Shown here piece after piece: positions 40,112-50,773 of a stretch of DNA of 64,000 bases. The stretch lies in the sequence record LR756504.1; one strand, 5' to 3'. The notes under the pieces are model-generated. The model did no database searches. It was not told the origin of the DNA and saw only the letters and a list, made by a program, of their open reading frames with translations. The position numbers were made by a program, and so were the translations under genes. Position 1 is the stretch's first letter, and the number at the start of each line of letters is the position of its first letter.

Positions 40112-41113
40112 ATGAGTAAGTTAAAAAGATTGAAATCTTTTAGTGATTATAAACAGGATATGGGAAATACACCAAAATCTACTCCTGTACCATTGGTTTC
40201 GGAAAGAAATTTACATAAAAGTGTAGTTACTAAACAAAGAATGGTGAAAGAATCTGCTTTTAAAGTGGGTGATGATTATAAAGTAAAGGTTACTTTTGAT
40301 ATTCCTGTATCATTAATATCTGCTTATATTGAAAAAGTACAATCTGAAACAGGTAAAAATGCTTTAGAACATTTTAATGAAACTGAGTTGGCTGAACAAA
40401 TGGCTCAATACATACTAAAACAACATTTAAATATTGATCAAATACCGTCAGCATTATCAGTTGGTGAAGATCCTAATAGTTCTGAATCTACAGAAGCGCA
40501 AGAAGAAAATGATGCTACTGATTTAGGTGCTGAATTTGGTGATACGCCATCGGGTGAAACAGCAGAACCAGGTATTGAAGAAACACCATCAACAGATACA
40601 CCATCTAATATTGATATTAATGATTCTGATTTAAATATTGATAAAGAAGAAGATGGAGAAGATATATCATTAGAAGATGATAATAAAGAAGAGGTTGGTG
40701 AAGACATTCCATTAGAAGATGAAACTTCTGAAGAACCTGAATCCGAAACAAAAGAAGATCAAGATGAAAAAGAAATTAACTTAAAAAGTGATGAAGTAAA
40801 TCTTGGTGAAGAAAGAGAGATTGAAGCAAATAAAATAGAAGAACAAGAAGAAGAATATGAAGAAATAAATCTTGATGTTGATACTATTGGTGATACAACA
40901 GGTGTATTGAATAGTGTTACTATGGCTACTAAAGATATGTTATTCTATCTTAAACATCATGGAATAGATTGTACTGATTGTACAGCCAAAGATGTTGTAG
41001 ATATTTATAATGAAATATCAAAAGAATATACAATTGGAATTGATGATGATGGTAATGAAATAAAGCCAAGTCATAAAGAAGATTCCGATTTTAATGATTC
41101 TGATTTGTACTAA
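40112..41113 (+). CDS. Highly acidic protein (possible head-internal or scaffold protein)
   Basis: Long E/D-rich disordered middle; N-terminal KRLKSFSDY; AATATATA upstream. Confidence 0.55.
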   Translation: MSKLKRLKSFSDYKQDMGNTPKSTPVPLVSERNLHKSVVTKQRMVKESAFKVGDDYKVKVTFDIPVSLISAYIEKVQSETGKNALEHFNETELAEQMAQYILKQHLNIDQIPSALSVGEDPNSSESTEAQEENDATDLGAEFGDTPSGETAEPGIEETPSTDTPSNIDINDSDLNIDKEEDGEDISLEDDNKEEVGEDIPLEDETSEEPESETKEDQDEKEINLKSDEVNLGEEREIEANKIEEQEEEYEEINLDVDTIGDTTGVLNSVTMATKDMLFYLKHHGIDCTDCTAKDVVDIYNEISKEYTIGIDDDGNEIKPSHKEDSDFNDSDLY

Positions 41114-41132
41114 AAAATAAAAGATAAATGTT

Positions 41133-41402
41133 ATGAGTAAATATAAATATTTAACAAATTTTAAACAATTTGAATCACCTTATGGGAAAGATTCCAATGG
41201 TACACAGACATCACATATGTATAAAGTTGGTGATAATGTTATAGTAGATGACATTAACGAAAAACATGCTGGTAAAGAAGGTGTCATTGTAGTACCTACT
41301 GATTTACATGAAGTAAAAGAAAAACAAGGTGAAATGGTAAAAGTGAAATTTACCGATGGTAAATCGGATTATGTAAGTATCTATGAATTAAACAAGATAT
41401 AA
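41133..41402 (+). CDS. KOW/SH3-like small protein
   Basis: YKVGDNVIV...HAGKEGVI...VKVKF; N-terminal LTNFKQFES. Confidence 0.6.
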   Translation: MSKYKYLTNFKQFESPYGKDSNGTQTSHMYKVGDNVIVDDINEKHAGKEGVIVVPTDLHEVKEKQGEMVKVKFTDGKSDYVSIYELNKI

Positions 41403-41404
41403 TG

Positions 41405-41432
41405 AAAAGGGAGATTAATTCTCCCTTTTTTA
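41405..41432 (+). terminator. Intrinsic terminator
   Basis: AAAAGGGAGA-TTAAT-TCTCCCTTTTTT, near copy of the 40021 terminator. Confidence 0.8.
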
Positions 41433-41703
41433 TTTCCGAAATTTTTAAAACTTTTTTACACATTTTCCATATATTATAAAGTCTGTGGTAAATTGTGAAT
41501 TTAATATATACATTTATGGCAATAGGTTCAATACCATCAAGACTTTACTTAGATTATGATATGGCTATCCATATTTATAATAAAATGGGAGATATTCAAT
41601 TTATTGATTTCTTAGAAAACCACTATGTAATCTCTATGGATAAAGATTGTTATTATTTTCTTTTAAGTATTAAACAGGATTATGATAAATTAAAAAAGTT
41701 TTA

Positions 41704-42681
41704 ATGTCATTTATGAAACAAGATTATTACAACATTTTAGGTGTTGATAAAAACACTTCGCCAGAAGAATTAAAAGCAGCTTATAGAAAAAAAGCAAAAG
41801 AACATCATCCAGACAAAGGTGGTGATGCGGAACAATTTAAAATTATCAATTCTGCATATGAAACTCTCTCTGATCCACAAAAAAGGAGAGAATATGATAA
41901 CCCGAATCAATTTTCAAATTTCCAAGGTTCTCCTTTCGGTCAAGAGTTTAATTTCGATTTCGATTCAATATTTAATCAATTTAATTTTGGTGGACATAGA
42001 AAACAAGAATTTAGAGAAGATTTAGATATAAGATTAACTGTAGATATACCGTTTAAAACTATTTACCAAGATAAACCATTAGAAATAAAATACTATAAAA
42101 ATACACCATGTTCTAAATGTAATTATACAGGTGTTGAAGAAAGTGATGATTCTGCTGATTGTTTACATTGTGATGGTAAAGGACATAGTACAAAATTTGG
42201 AGGAAATAAAACAACTTGTAATTATTGTCATGGTTCAGGTAAAATTCATACAAAGGCATGTTCTCAATGTGATGGTAATAAAGTAGAATCTAAATTAGAA
42301 ACTATTACAATGGACAATGTATTTATATTAGGTGAAGAACCACAAAGGATGGCATATAGAGGTAGTGGACACTTTTCTAGATATTATCCTGGTAGAAGAG
42401 GTGATTTAATAATTTTATTAAACCCTATAGTAGATGGAAAATATTTAAGACAAGGTGTTAATTTATTACACCAATTGGATATAGATTATAGAACAGCAAT
42501 TGAAGGTGGTGAAATTGAGTATACGCATCTTGATGACAAAATTTATAAAATAAGAATTTCTGAAAAATCTAATAAAGGAACTAAACTAAAAATGACAGGA
42601 AAAGGATTATTACAAAGAGATAAAAAAACAAGAGGTGATTTAATAATTGAATTATCTATAATTATAAATTATGCAATTTAA
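41704..42681 (+). CDS. dnaJ: DnaJ chaperone (J domain, zinc finger, C-terminal domain)
   Basis: [15 protein letters not shown], four CxxC repeats, GDLII. Confidence 0.93.
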   Translation: MSFMKQDYYNILGVDKNTSPEELKAAYRKKAKEHHPDKGGDAEQFKIINSAYETLSDPQKRREYDNPNQFSNFQGSPFGQEFNFDFDSIFNQFNFGGHRKQEFREDLDIRLTVDIPFKTIYQDKPLEIKYYKNTPCSKCNYTGVEESDDSADCLHCDGKGHSTKFGGNKTTCNYCHGSGKIHTKACSQCDGNKVESKLETITMDNVFILGEEPQRMAYRGSGHFSRYYPGRRGDLIILLNPIVDGKYLRQGVNLLHQLDIDYRTAIEGGEIEYTHLDDKIYKIRISEKSNKGTKLKMTGKGLLQRDKKTRGDLIIELSIIINYAI

Positions 42682-43081
42682 AGATTTGATTGATAATGGT
42701 GGTAGTGGTGTTTATTATAAAAATGTATCCATTATAAAAAAAGAAATAGAAAATATAAATGAAGATTTTATTTCTAAGAAAAGGATTATCCCAAATTCAT
42801 TAAAGGATGTTTTACTTGATGAATCAATAACATATTGTTTTAATGAATATTATGTTGATGGTAATATGAAATCATATAGAGATTATAATAATAAATGTAC
42901 AAGTGTATCTTTTTATTATGAATATAATGGAACAATATTTCTAAGTATTAAGAAAACGAATAGTGGTAAAATAACACGTAAGTGTATATTTGCGTGGGAT
43001 GATATTTATATTGAAAGAATTTATAAAGCTATATGTAAAATAGATAGGAATAATATTATTTCAGAAATCGTTAATGAATAA
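42671..43081 (+). CDS. Hypothetical protein
   Basis: 136-aa ORF; C-terminal DRNNIISEI. Confidence 0.55.
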   Translation: MQFKDLIDNGGSGVYYKNVSIIKKEIENINEDFISKKRIIPNSLKDVLLDESITYCFNEYYVDGNMKSYRDYNNKCTSVSFYYEYNGTIFLSIKKTNSGKITRKCIFAWDDIYIERIYKAICKIDRNNIISEIVNE

Positions 43082-43106
43082 AAATATATAGAAAAATACA
43101 ACTACA

Positions 43107-43328
43107 ATGATGGATATTAAAGATAATTGTACAGAAATGTTAAGAGAAGAAAGAGAAATCTTAATAAAAACATTAATAGATAATTTAGATGAATTGAAAG
43201 AAGATTTTTATAAAGGACATATTCATATAGACAAAGAATCAATGTTGAGAAAAATTAATGAAATTTGGGATAACTATCAATTTGAAATGAAATATCGTAA
43301 GCTTAAGGCTTTATCAGAAAAGAAATAA
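43107..43328 (+). CDS. Hypothetical protein
   Basis: 73-aa helical ORF after AATATATA. Confidence 0.55.
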   Translation: MMDIKDNCTEMLREEREILIKTLIDNLDELKEDFYKGHIHIDKESMLRKINEIWDNYQFEMKYRKLKALSEKK

Positions 43329-43331
43329 ATT

Positions 43332-43694
43332 TTAATTATCCTTTAATATAATTAAATATTTTCTATTTGTAATAGGAGATATATTTTCTTTTATTGTCCA
43401 ATTATTATCCGATAATTTCATTTTAAATAATCTTAATCTTATATCACATAAAACATATAAACGAATTTCGGTATAGTTTACACTTTTAATTATATTTTTT
43501 ATTTTTTTATAAAAATTTGGTTCAGGTTTTCCAATTTTATTAAATGAATAGGTGTCTGTATCAATATCATAATATGCAATATCTAAATCTACTGTTTTCT
43601 TATCCCTTTCTTCTAAAATTATTTTATATTCTCCTATATAAAACACATTTTTATTGGAAGAATCGTAATTTTCAAATAATTTGATATATTTCAT
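43332..43694 (-). CDS. Hypothetical protein with MKYIKLFENY N-terminal motif
   Basis: 120-aa ORF; TATATATA upstream. Confidence 0.6.
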   Translation of the reverse strand: MKYIKLFENYDSSNKNVFYIGEYKIILEERDKKTVDLDIAYYDIDTDTYSFNKIGKPEPNFYKKIKNIIKSVNYTEIRLYVLCDIRLRLFKMKLSDNNWTIKENISPITNRKYLIILKDN

Positions 43695-43760
43695 ATTTAA
43701 ATATTTAAACTATATATAAAACAAAAATTACTTTTTAAGTAGAATAGTAAATCTTGACAT

Positions 43761-44516
43761 ATGAAAAGCATTAATTTTAAAGCAAGTAAAGAAGAATTTC
43801 ATAAATTCTTATATATTATAGAAGAATTAAATAAAATATCAGACACTCATAAAATAAAATGGGAAGGTGATAATGTTTTCATTTATTCTCTTATGGGTGA
43901 TGATGGTACAAATCAGAAAATAGATGTTCTAAAGATATTTATTTTAAAACGTGATGTAGTATTTGCAGAATTTCTTGACGATAACATTACCTGGATAATA
44001 ATAAAAACTAAGAGTTGGTTGAAGCAAGTTAAATTTCTTCGTGATGATGATGAAGATGTTGACATTTGCATTAATGTCATAGATAATAAAGTATATTCAG
44101 TTCAATTGAAAACTTCTATTCTACAGATTAATACTATCGCTGGTGATGATGTAATCAAAGATGTTCCAATGTCATTTGTTAAGGAGAGAATGAATCCTAA
44201 GTATGCCGATTGGACATTCAACGCATCCGAAGATTTAATTAAGAGAGTTAAAAAACTTAATAAGTTAGATCCTTATAATGATATTATATCATTAACATCA
44301 ATTGATGGTGAAGTAGTGATTAGAGAAGAAGCATTATGGGATTTAAAGATTACACCAAATGGAACAGTACCATCAAATAATTGGCTATTTAAGAAAGAAC
44401 ATTTAGAAAGAATTACATTAAATGAAGATGGTGTAGTGTTCGGTGTATTCGAAAGTTATATTTCAGTTAAAGAGAAAGAAAGTACAATGTTATTTACTTT
44501 AGATTTACTGTCATAA
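43761..44516 (+). CDS. Probable DNA sliding clamp (gp45/PCNA-like)
   Basis: 251 aa with alternating helix/strand pattern typical of clamps; no diagnostic motif. Confidence 0.45.
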   Translation: MKSINFKASKEEFHKFLYIIEELNKISDTHKIKWEGDNVFIYSLMGDDGTNQKIDVLKIFILKRDVVFAEFLDDNITWIIIKTKSWLKQVKFLRDDDEDVDICINVIDNKVYSVQLKTSILQINTIAGDDVIKDVPMSFVKERMNPKYADWTFNASEDLIKRVKKLNKLDPYNDIISLTSIDGEVVIREEALWDLKITPNGTVPSNNWLFKKEHLERITLNEDGVVFGVFESYISVKEKESTMLFTLDLLS

Positions 44517-44531
44517 AAATAATAATGATAT

Positions 44532-45467
44532 ATGAAAGATAGTAAAAAACCTAATAAATATTGGACAAAAGAATTGTGTCATATAGAAGCCTTAAAATAT
44601 GACACAAAAAGAGAATTTGAAAATAAATCTGGTTCAGCGTATGTTACGTCTATAAAAAATAAATGGATTAATGAAATATGTTCACACATGAAAAATTTGG
44701 TTAAACATGGATACTGGGTATTTGAAAAATGTAAAGAAGATGCTCTAAAATATAAAAACAGACAAGATTTTAAAAATAATTCTGGTGGTTATAAAGCATC
44801 ACTTAGAAATGGTTGGTTAAATGAAGTTTGTTCACATATGGAAATTCAGGGTAGTAAATATTTGAGATTTATTTATGTGTTTGAGTTTGAAAATAATGCA
44901 GTATATATAGGATTATCATATAATGTTAAAATAAGATTGAATGAACATTTAAGTAATAAAAAAAGTCAGGTATATAAACATATAGAAAAAACAAATTCTA
45001 AATATATTTTAAAAATAGTAAATGATAAACCTATTATTAAAGAAAAAGCACAAATATTAGAACATGAGACAAAATTAAATTACATTAAAGAAGGTTGGAT
45101 AATTCTTAATAAAGCTAAAACAGGTAAAGGATTTGGCTCTCTTGGTGGTAATACTATAAAATGGACATATGAAAAATGTAAAGAAGAATCTCTAAAATAT
45201 AAAACTAAAAGTGAATTTAAAAATAAATCAAATGGTGCTTATAGTTCTTCTGTTAAAAATAATTGGTATAAAAAAATAACCTCACATATGATAGAACTCA
45301 AGAAACCAAATGGTTATTGGACAAAAGAAAAATGTCATGAAGAAGCTTTGAAATATAAATCCAAAATAAATTTTTGTAATGGATCTAAATTTGCTTATTC
45401 CAAATCTTATAAAGAAGGGTGGTTGCTTGATGTGTGTATTCATATGATAACTTGTTATGATAAATAA
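44532..45467 (+). CDS. GIY-YIG homing endonuclease with four ~50-aa repeats
   Basis: FIYVFEFENNAVYIGLS..RLNEH..E; repeats (Y)WTKEKCHEEALKY..K..F. Confidence 0.82.
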   Translation: MKDSKKPNKYWTKELCHIEALKYDTKREFENKSGSAYVTSIKNKWINEICSHMKNLVKHGYWVFEKCKEDALKYKNRQDFKNNSGGYKASLRNGWLNEVCSHMEIQGSKYLRFIYVFEFENNAVYIGLSYNVKIRLNEHLSNKKSQVYKHIEKTNSKYILKIVNDKPIIKEKAQILEHETKLNYIKEGWIILNKAKTGKGFGSLGGNTIKWTYEKCKEESLKYKTKSEFKNKSNGAYSSSVKNNWYKKITSHMIELKKPNGYWTKEKCHEEALKYKSKINFCNGSKFAYSKSYKEGWLLDVCIHMITCYDK

Positions 45468-45702
45468 AATGAAACTTGGTGTTTTATACCATGATGGAAA
45501 GATAGTAAATCACCGTCCTCTATTGAAAGTTTTATTAAATCCGATACTAAGAATGTTCGGAATCTGTATTGGTACTAACTTTAAAGATGGTGTTTTGGGT
45601 AGTATTATGATTATTAAATGCGAAAAAGTAAATAAATTACAATGGGACTTCACCAATCATAATAAATACGATAAGATAGATAGAAAAAGATTATTTATCT
45701 AA
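45457..45702 (+). CDS. Hypothetical protein
   Basis: 81-aa ORF. Confidence 0.55.
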   Translation: MINKMKLGVLYHDGKIVNHRPLLKVLLNPILRMFGICIGTNFKDGVLGSIMIIKCEKVNKLQWDFTNHNKYDKIDRKRLFI

Positions 45703-45718
45703 AAAATAATATCACAAT

Positions 45719-46408
45719 GTGTTTGCACTAAAAAAGAATATTTCACAAATTTTAATACCTGCTCTTAGAAAAAATGGTTGTGCATTTGATTTAGCAAAAT
45801 ATATTAATAAAAGAAATTTAATAATAAATTCTTTATTGGATGAGGATTGTGAAATCGGAGAAGCCTATTCACCATATTTAAAAGGAAATAAGAAAATAAA
45901 AATAGTTTTCTTTAATAGTCACCTTGTTTTAAATGATGATTTGAATAATACTTTAGTTAGAATTGATAACTACATGGATGATGTTGATAATACTGTTAAT
46001 ATTATTAATGAATATTACCAAGCAAAGTTTTATGAAAAAGATGAAATAAAAGAAATCTTAAAAGATAGAGCAGATGTTGAAAAAATAGAAAAACTACTAG
46101 ATATTTTTTATCCTGATGTTAAAGTAAGAAATTATGGTATTGTTGAAAGTAATTTATATTTATATTTAGGTGCTGGAATTTTTAGTTTTGAAATAAAAAC
46201 AACAGATACTAATAAAAGAAGTTGCTTTACTAAAATACATTTTTATGGTAGATCTAGTGGTAAGTATCAAACAAATAATTACGGGCAAATTTGGAATTTA
46301 AATTCTAAGTATAGATATTTAATATCATTCTCACAAGATCAATTAGAAATTAATGATTTCAATTTTCATAGATACGTAAAAGCCTATAATAAAAGCAAAA
46401 CTATATAA
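45719..46408 (+). CDS. Hypothetical protein
   Basis: 229-aa ORF. Confidence 0.55.
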   Translation: MFALKKNISQILIPALRKNGCAFDLAKYINKRNLIINSLLDEDCEIGEAYSPYLKGNKKIKIVFFNSHLVLNDDLNNTLVRIDNYMDDVDNTVNIINEYYQAKFYEKDEIKEILKDRADVEKIEKLLDIFYPDVKVRNYGIVESNLYLYLGAGIFSFEIKTTDTNKRSCFTKIHFYGRSSGKYQTNNYGQIWNLNSKYRYLISFSQDQLEINDFNFHRYVKAYNKSKTI

Positions 46409-47041
46409 TTATTCAGCAGAATGATTTATGAATCTATTTCTAATAGTTGAGAAGTTTGGTACTGTTTCAATTATAGATGGATTAATTGCGTATGATTTTC
46501 CTCTTGTGTGAAAAATTTCTGATGTGATTACATCTATTGGTCTATCGACTTTTTGTAGTTCTTCTAAATATAAATCATATATAGAATTATTTATAGCATA
46601 CATTTGACAACTCCAAGAACCATTTAATTTTATCAATCTATTACCACTCCAATCGGGCTGTATATGGTGTGTTGATGCAAAATGAAATAGTTCCCAATCA
46701 GAAGGTAAACTAAGCATTGCTTCATCAACCTTTTTATTTGTATTAGGTTTAAATAATAAGTCATCTTCTAAAATAAGAATATTCTTATATCCTTTTGATT
46801 TAGCATCATTGATTATATTAATTGTTGTATAGACAAGCCCAGCAGCACCTTTTGTCCATCCAGGCATTGTAGCAGTATTAGTTTCATCCCAAGTAAAATC
46901 AGTTCTATAACCATCTACACCTGGAAACACTTCAAATTCTAAATTAATTTGAGAGCATTGATATGTTATTAAATTTAATCTGTCTTGACAAATCAACGGT
47001 ATATTTATAACATATGTGTGATCAAAGTATGTATTTATCAT
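46409..47041 (-). CDS. Glycosyltransferase family 25
   Basis: YVINI...DR, FPGVDG, GAAG, LILEDD, YAI, PID. Confidence 0.85.
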   Translation of the reverse strand: MINTYFDHTYVINIPLICQDRLNLITYQCSQINLEFEVFPGVDGYRTDFTWDETNTATMPGWTKGAAGLVYTTINIINDAKSKGYKNILILEDDLLFKPNTNKKVDEAMLSLPSDWELFHFASTHHIQPDWSGNRLIKLNGSWSCQMYAINNSIYDLYLEELQKVDRPIDVITSEIFHTRGKSYAINPSIIETVPNFSTIRNRFINHSAE

Positions 47042-47056
47042 ATTAATATTTATTTT

Positions 47057-48760
47057 TTATGAAATAGAAATAGTAGTTATTGCCCCAGCATTGTCAATTG
47101 AAATATACCATAACGTATTATCTGGACTTCTACCACTAATTACACTATCAGCTATTGGGTTATTATATGTTTGTGTAGCATCTGAATATACATTAAATGT
47201 GGAGTTAGAAATTGTACTATTAAAAGTTATATTTTTTACAGTATTATTAAATGCGATATTAGTACAAGTATTATTTATTATTAAATTTGTGCAATTTATT
47301 GCGAATTTACCAACCGTTACTGAACCTGATGTAGATACTGAAATATTATTACAACCTGTTGCAAATTCAGTAGATGAAATAATACCATCAATTATAATAT
47401 CATTACACCCTATATTAAATTCATTGTTAAATAATGTACCATAAGAAACAACACTTTTAGAATTCTTAATCTGTGAACAGTTATTAGATATTCTATTACT
47501 TATTGCCCATAACATAAAGTTGTCGGTGCAATTATTACCAAGTGAATTATTAGATGAATTGTAAATAACATTATTGCTATTACTTGCGCCAAGTGTATTA
47601 TTTTTTCCATATTGATTAATATGATTAGATGTAGAGAAATCGCCGATGGTGTTATAAGATGAAATCATATTTAAATAATTATTAGAGCAATTTGATTTTA
47701 ATGTATTATATCTTGCCATATAACCAATGTAATTATTAATACCAGTTTTACCTATTGTATTACCGTGTGCCATACCACCAATAAAGAAATATGTGTTATT
47801 ACTATCTACGTATGTGTTGTTTGATGAGTTGATAATAAAATTATTACATCCATAATTTACTGTTGATAAATCTGGTGATATATTATCAACTTCATCAGAT
47901 ATTGTTCCATTAAAACAATTTTGTTCAATTTGTATATTAACACCCCTTTTAATTACAATATTATTATATGCTATTGATATATTCTTTTTAACATAACTAT
48001 TTTTAACATTATTTTCAAATGTAAAATATTCAGTTGGAGTATTTGCAGCATAAACAGTACCCCCCAAAAAAGTAATTACTTGATCCCATGATAACATGTT
48101 TGCTAAATCGAGTTGTTCCCAATATTTAGAAAGTAAATCATCTGAAAATGTTCCACTTGTATGTGCTGTCCTACATCTATAAAGAACACTACTTTGGTTA
48201 ACTATTGTACCTATACCGTAAGGAGTTGATGTTACCCATGCAGTAAATAAACCTATAGTTATAGGGTATCTAACAAACTTAACAGTTCTAATATCATAAT
48301 AAGCAAAGTTATTATTAACAGTATCGTGTCTAAATGTTATTTTACCATTTCTTGGTGTTGACGAATCTTCACAAAGAATATCCTGAAAATCATAATGAAT
48401 TAAATCAGTGGGGAATAATGTTGAATATGCTTGTTTATGAAAAGTATTTGTAGAAACAGATAGTACAAGTAAAGGCTCTGTAGTACCAGTTTTTATTGTG
48501 GTTGTGATAGGTTGTTGATATTTTGTTACATAATCACTTATTGAATAGAATTTACCCACTGATAGATTGCTGTTTGATACTAAAGTCGCTAAATTTGCAT
48601 ACGTTATAGCTTCAGTATTAATTAAATCATTTGAGTTAAGAATGGATGATATTTTACCATTTGTACCAAAAACTGGAATAGTACCCGAAGTACCATTAAT
48701 GGTTTTTGAAATTAATTCTTCATTAACGTTATAATTACCAAAAGCTGATTTAAAAGACAT
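47057..48760 (-). CDS. Tail fibre/spike-like protein with right-handed beta-helix repeats
   Basis: N/S/I/G-rich periodic N.IG.N..NN repeats; AATATATA upstream. Confidence 0.65.
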   Translation of the reverse strand: MSFKSAFGNYNVNEELISKTINGTSGTIPVFGTNGKISSILNSNDLINTEAITYANLATLVSNSNLSVGKFYSISDYVTKYQQPITTTIKTGTTEPLLVLSVSTNTFHKQAYSTLFPTDLIHYDFQDILCEDSSTPRNGKITFRHDTVNNNFAYYDIRTVKFVRYPITIGLFTAWVTSTPYGIGTIVNQSSVLYRCRTAHTSGTFSDDLLSKYWEQLDLANMLSWDQVITFLGGTVYAANTPTEYFTFENNVKNSYVKKNISIAYNNIVIKRGVNIQIEQNCFNGTISDEVDNISPDLSTVNYGCNNFIINSSNNTYVDSNNTYFFIGGMAHGNTIGKTGINNYIGYMARYNTLKSNCSNNYLNMISSYNTIGDFSTSNHINQYGKNNTLGASNSNNVIYNSSNNSLGNNCTDNFMLWAISNRISNNCSQIKNSKSVVSYGTLFNNEFNIGCNDIIIDGIISSTEFATGCNNISVSTSGSVTVGKFAINCTNLIINNTCTNIAFNNTVKNITFNSTISNSTFNVYSDATQTYNNPIADSVISGRSPDNTLWYISIDNAGAITTISIS

Positions 48761-48813
48761 TAATTATTAATCTATTTTAGGTATATATTATTTTTCTATA
48801 CCTTTAAAAACGA

Positions 48814-49029
48814 TTATAAATTTCGCCATTTTTTAATTTCGTTGACTTTTTGCATTTTGTCCCATGCTCTAGTATTAATACTTGTTAAGTGATATGAACC
48901 GCATTTGGTGCAAAGATAAGAGCGTGATTCTTGCTTTTCCTTGGATTTATACACCTTATTATTTTTAATGTTTAAAAGGACTCTATCAGCTTCATGTTTA
49001 GTAAAGTATTTTCTTTTGAGGCATCCCAT
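48814..49029 (-). CDS. Small zinc-binding phage protein
   Basis: CLKRKY...EA...RSYLCTKCGSYHLTS. Confidence 0.6.
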   Translation of the reverse strand: MGCLKRKYFTKHEADRVLLNIKNNKVYKSKEKQESRSYLCTKCGSYHLTSINTRAWDKMQKVNEIKKWRNL

Positions 49030-49047
49030 AGCTCACAGGGGTTTAGG

Positions 49048-49866
49048 TTATTTAATTACGTCTTTTCCTAATTCTATCATTCTTTTAAAAACTGCATCCT
49101 TATCATTTGGTAAAGTACCATTTACAATTTCATCTTTCAACTTTTTCTTGATAATTCCGATTTCTCTACCTGGTTTTAGATTAAAATAGTCCATTATCTC
49201 TTGACCAGAAACAGGTGGCTCAAATGTACGAACTTTATCGGCTTCTTCTAAAGCTATCATTTTAGATTTTAGTACATCAATACTTTTAATATTACTTTGT
49301 TTCCTCTCTTCATTCTTTGTTGTCATATCACATTTAGCGAAGAGTAGTAAATCATCCAAATCATCACCAATATCTAATTTAAATCTCCTAAGAGCAGAAT
49401 CAGATACATTAGGGATACATAATACTTTAACTTGACCATGTAAATTAATTAATTTCTTTACATAGTCTATCTTATCCATTGGTAAACTTAAACGTTTGAA
49501 AATGTTATCAATCATTCTAGCACCAATTTCTTCGTGTAAATGGAATGTCCAACCTAAAGATTTATCATATCTTTTGGATTTAGCTTTTCCAATATCATGT
49601 AATATAGAAACACAGATTAACCAAGGGTTATCTGTCATATTTCTTGTATTTCTAACAACTTTTATAGTATGCCAAAAATTGTCTTTATGGCCATTATTAC
49701 CCACCCTTTCAACTCCCTTTAAAGCAGTTAATTCGGGTAATAGATAATCTAATACCCCCATTTCATTTAGTTTTTCTAAATCTTCCGCAGGAGTATTTGA
49801 ATGTAAAATGTTCAAAAAAATCTTAGTTTCCTCTTTAAATGATTCAAATGTCATAAAATATTTCAT
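49048..49866 (-). CDS. HD-domain/body-tail half of a Bacteroidota-type CCA-adding enzyme, without the nucleotidyltransferase head
   Basis: LLPELTALKG, GHKDNFWHT, LHDIGK, GWTFHLHE, DSALRR, CDMTTKN, PPVSGQEIM, PGREIG. Confidence 0.85.
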   Translation of the reverse strand: MKYFMTFESFKEETKIFLNILHSNTPAEDLEKLNEMGVLDYLLPELTALKGVERVGNNGHKDNFWHTIKVVRNTRNMTDNPWLICVSILHDIGKAKSKRYDKSLGWTFHLHEEIGARMIDNIFKRLSLPMDKIDYVKKLINLHGQVKVLCIPNVSDSALRRFKLDIGDDLDDLLLFAKCDMTTKNEERKQSNIKSIDVLKSKMIALEEADKVRTFEPPVSGQEIMDYFNLKPGREIGIIKKKLKDEIVNGTLPNDKDAVFKRMIELGKDVIK

Positions 49867-49878
49867 AAACTATATATA

Positions 49879-49910
49879 CAAATTTACTAATTTTTTTGCA
49901 TTTCTGCAAA
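49879..49910 (-). promoter_or_regulatory. Bacteroidota-type housekeeping promoter (CCA-HD gene)
   Basis: TTTG-N20-TAAATTTG on the minus strand. Confidence 0.72.
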
Positions 49911-49949
49911 TTTTATGTTATTTTTGTTGTTCATAGTTAAAATAATTAT

Positions 49950-50492
49950 ATGAAAGCACCAATGTTCCGTAGTAGTGGAGATTTTCAGCGAGGAAATCAT
50001 AATACAACAAATCGTAAAAAAAGAATACATTCTTTAATGTCACCTTTACCTTCAAAGAAAACAATAATTAAGATAGGTAATTTTCTATTTAACACAATAT
50101 TATTAATTTCTTTTGCATGGCTTCATTATTGGTCAATAGGTAATTTATTTTTCAAAGATATAAAATCTACTGAACTTGTATATGGAACAATTCATAAAGT
50201 TTTTGAAAGACCTATGCATAATTCGAACACGGGTGATCAAAATGGTGTTGAAAAAATAATAGTGATGAAATATGCAGATGGATATGAAGAGAAAAATGTA
50301 AGCGATAAAACTTTTTATAAAGCTGTTGCTGGTGAAAGAATGTGTTTTGAAAAACATATTAATGATGGTAAATTATTTCTATCATTTCTTGGTATGATAG
50401 TAATTGTTGTAGTTTATATAATAGTTATTGAAACACATTCAGATAAAATAAAAAAAGCATTTAAATATTTGTGGGACAAACTACCTGACTAA
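49950..50492 (+). CDS. Membrane protein
   Basis: Two hydrophobic helices flanking a soluble domain. Confidence 0.6.
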   Translation: MKAPMFRSSGDFQRGNHNTTNRKKRIHSLMSPLPSKKTIIKIGNFLFNTILLISFAWLHYWSIGNLFFKDIKSTELVYGTIHKVFERPMHNSNTGDQNGVEKIIVMKYADGYEEKNVSDKTFYKAVAGERMCFEKHINDGKLFLSFLGMIVIVVVYIIVIETHSDKIKKAFKYLWDKLPD

Positions 50493-50494
50493 GT

Positions 50495-50773
50495 ATGAAG
50501 ATTAATAGAGAACATCCGCAAATAAAACTGTTTGTACAGGAAATGATTAATGAAAAAATTCCTTACTTACCCGATAAATTCGAACAAGAAGATTTTATGT
50601 TTCTTGTTATTGAACAAATGTGGAATAATAATAATTCACCACAATGTGTATCAGCGGATGGTAATGTCGTGGGTGCAAGACGAACTGAATTATTCAAAAA
50701 AATATTCGATTACAAAAGAATTTACTTAATTGATGAACTAACAAATGATAAACAAGATAAAAACGTTATTTAA
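50495..50773 (+). CDS. Hypothetical protein
   Basis: 92-aa ORF; KRIYLIDEL near the C-terminus. Confidence 0.55.
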   Translation: MKINREHPQIKLFVQEMINEKIPYLPDKFEQEDFMFLVIEQMWNNNNSPQCVSADGNVVGARRTELFKKIFDYKRIYLIDELTNDKQDKNVI

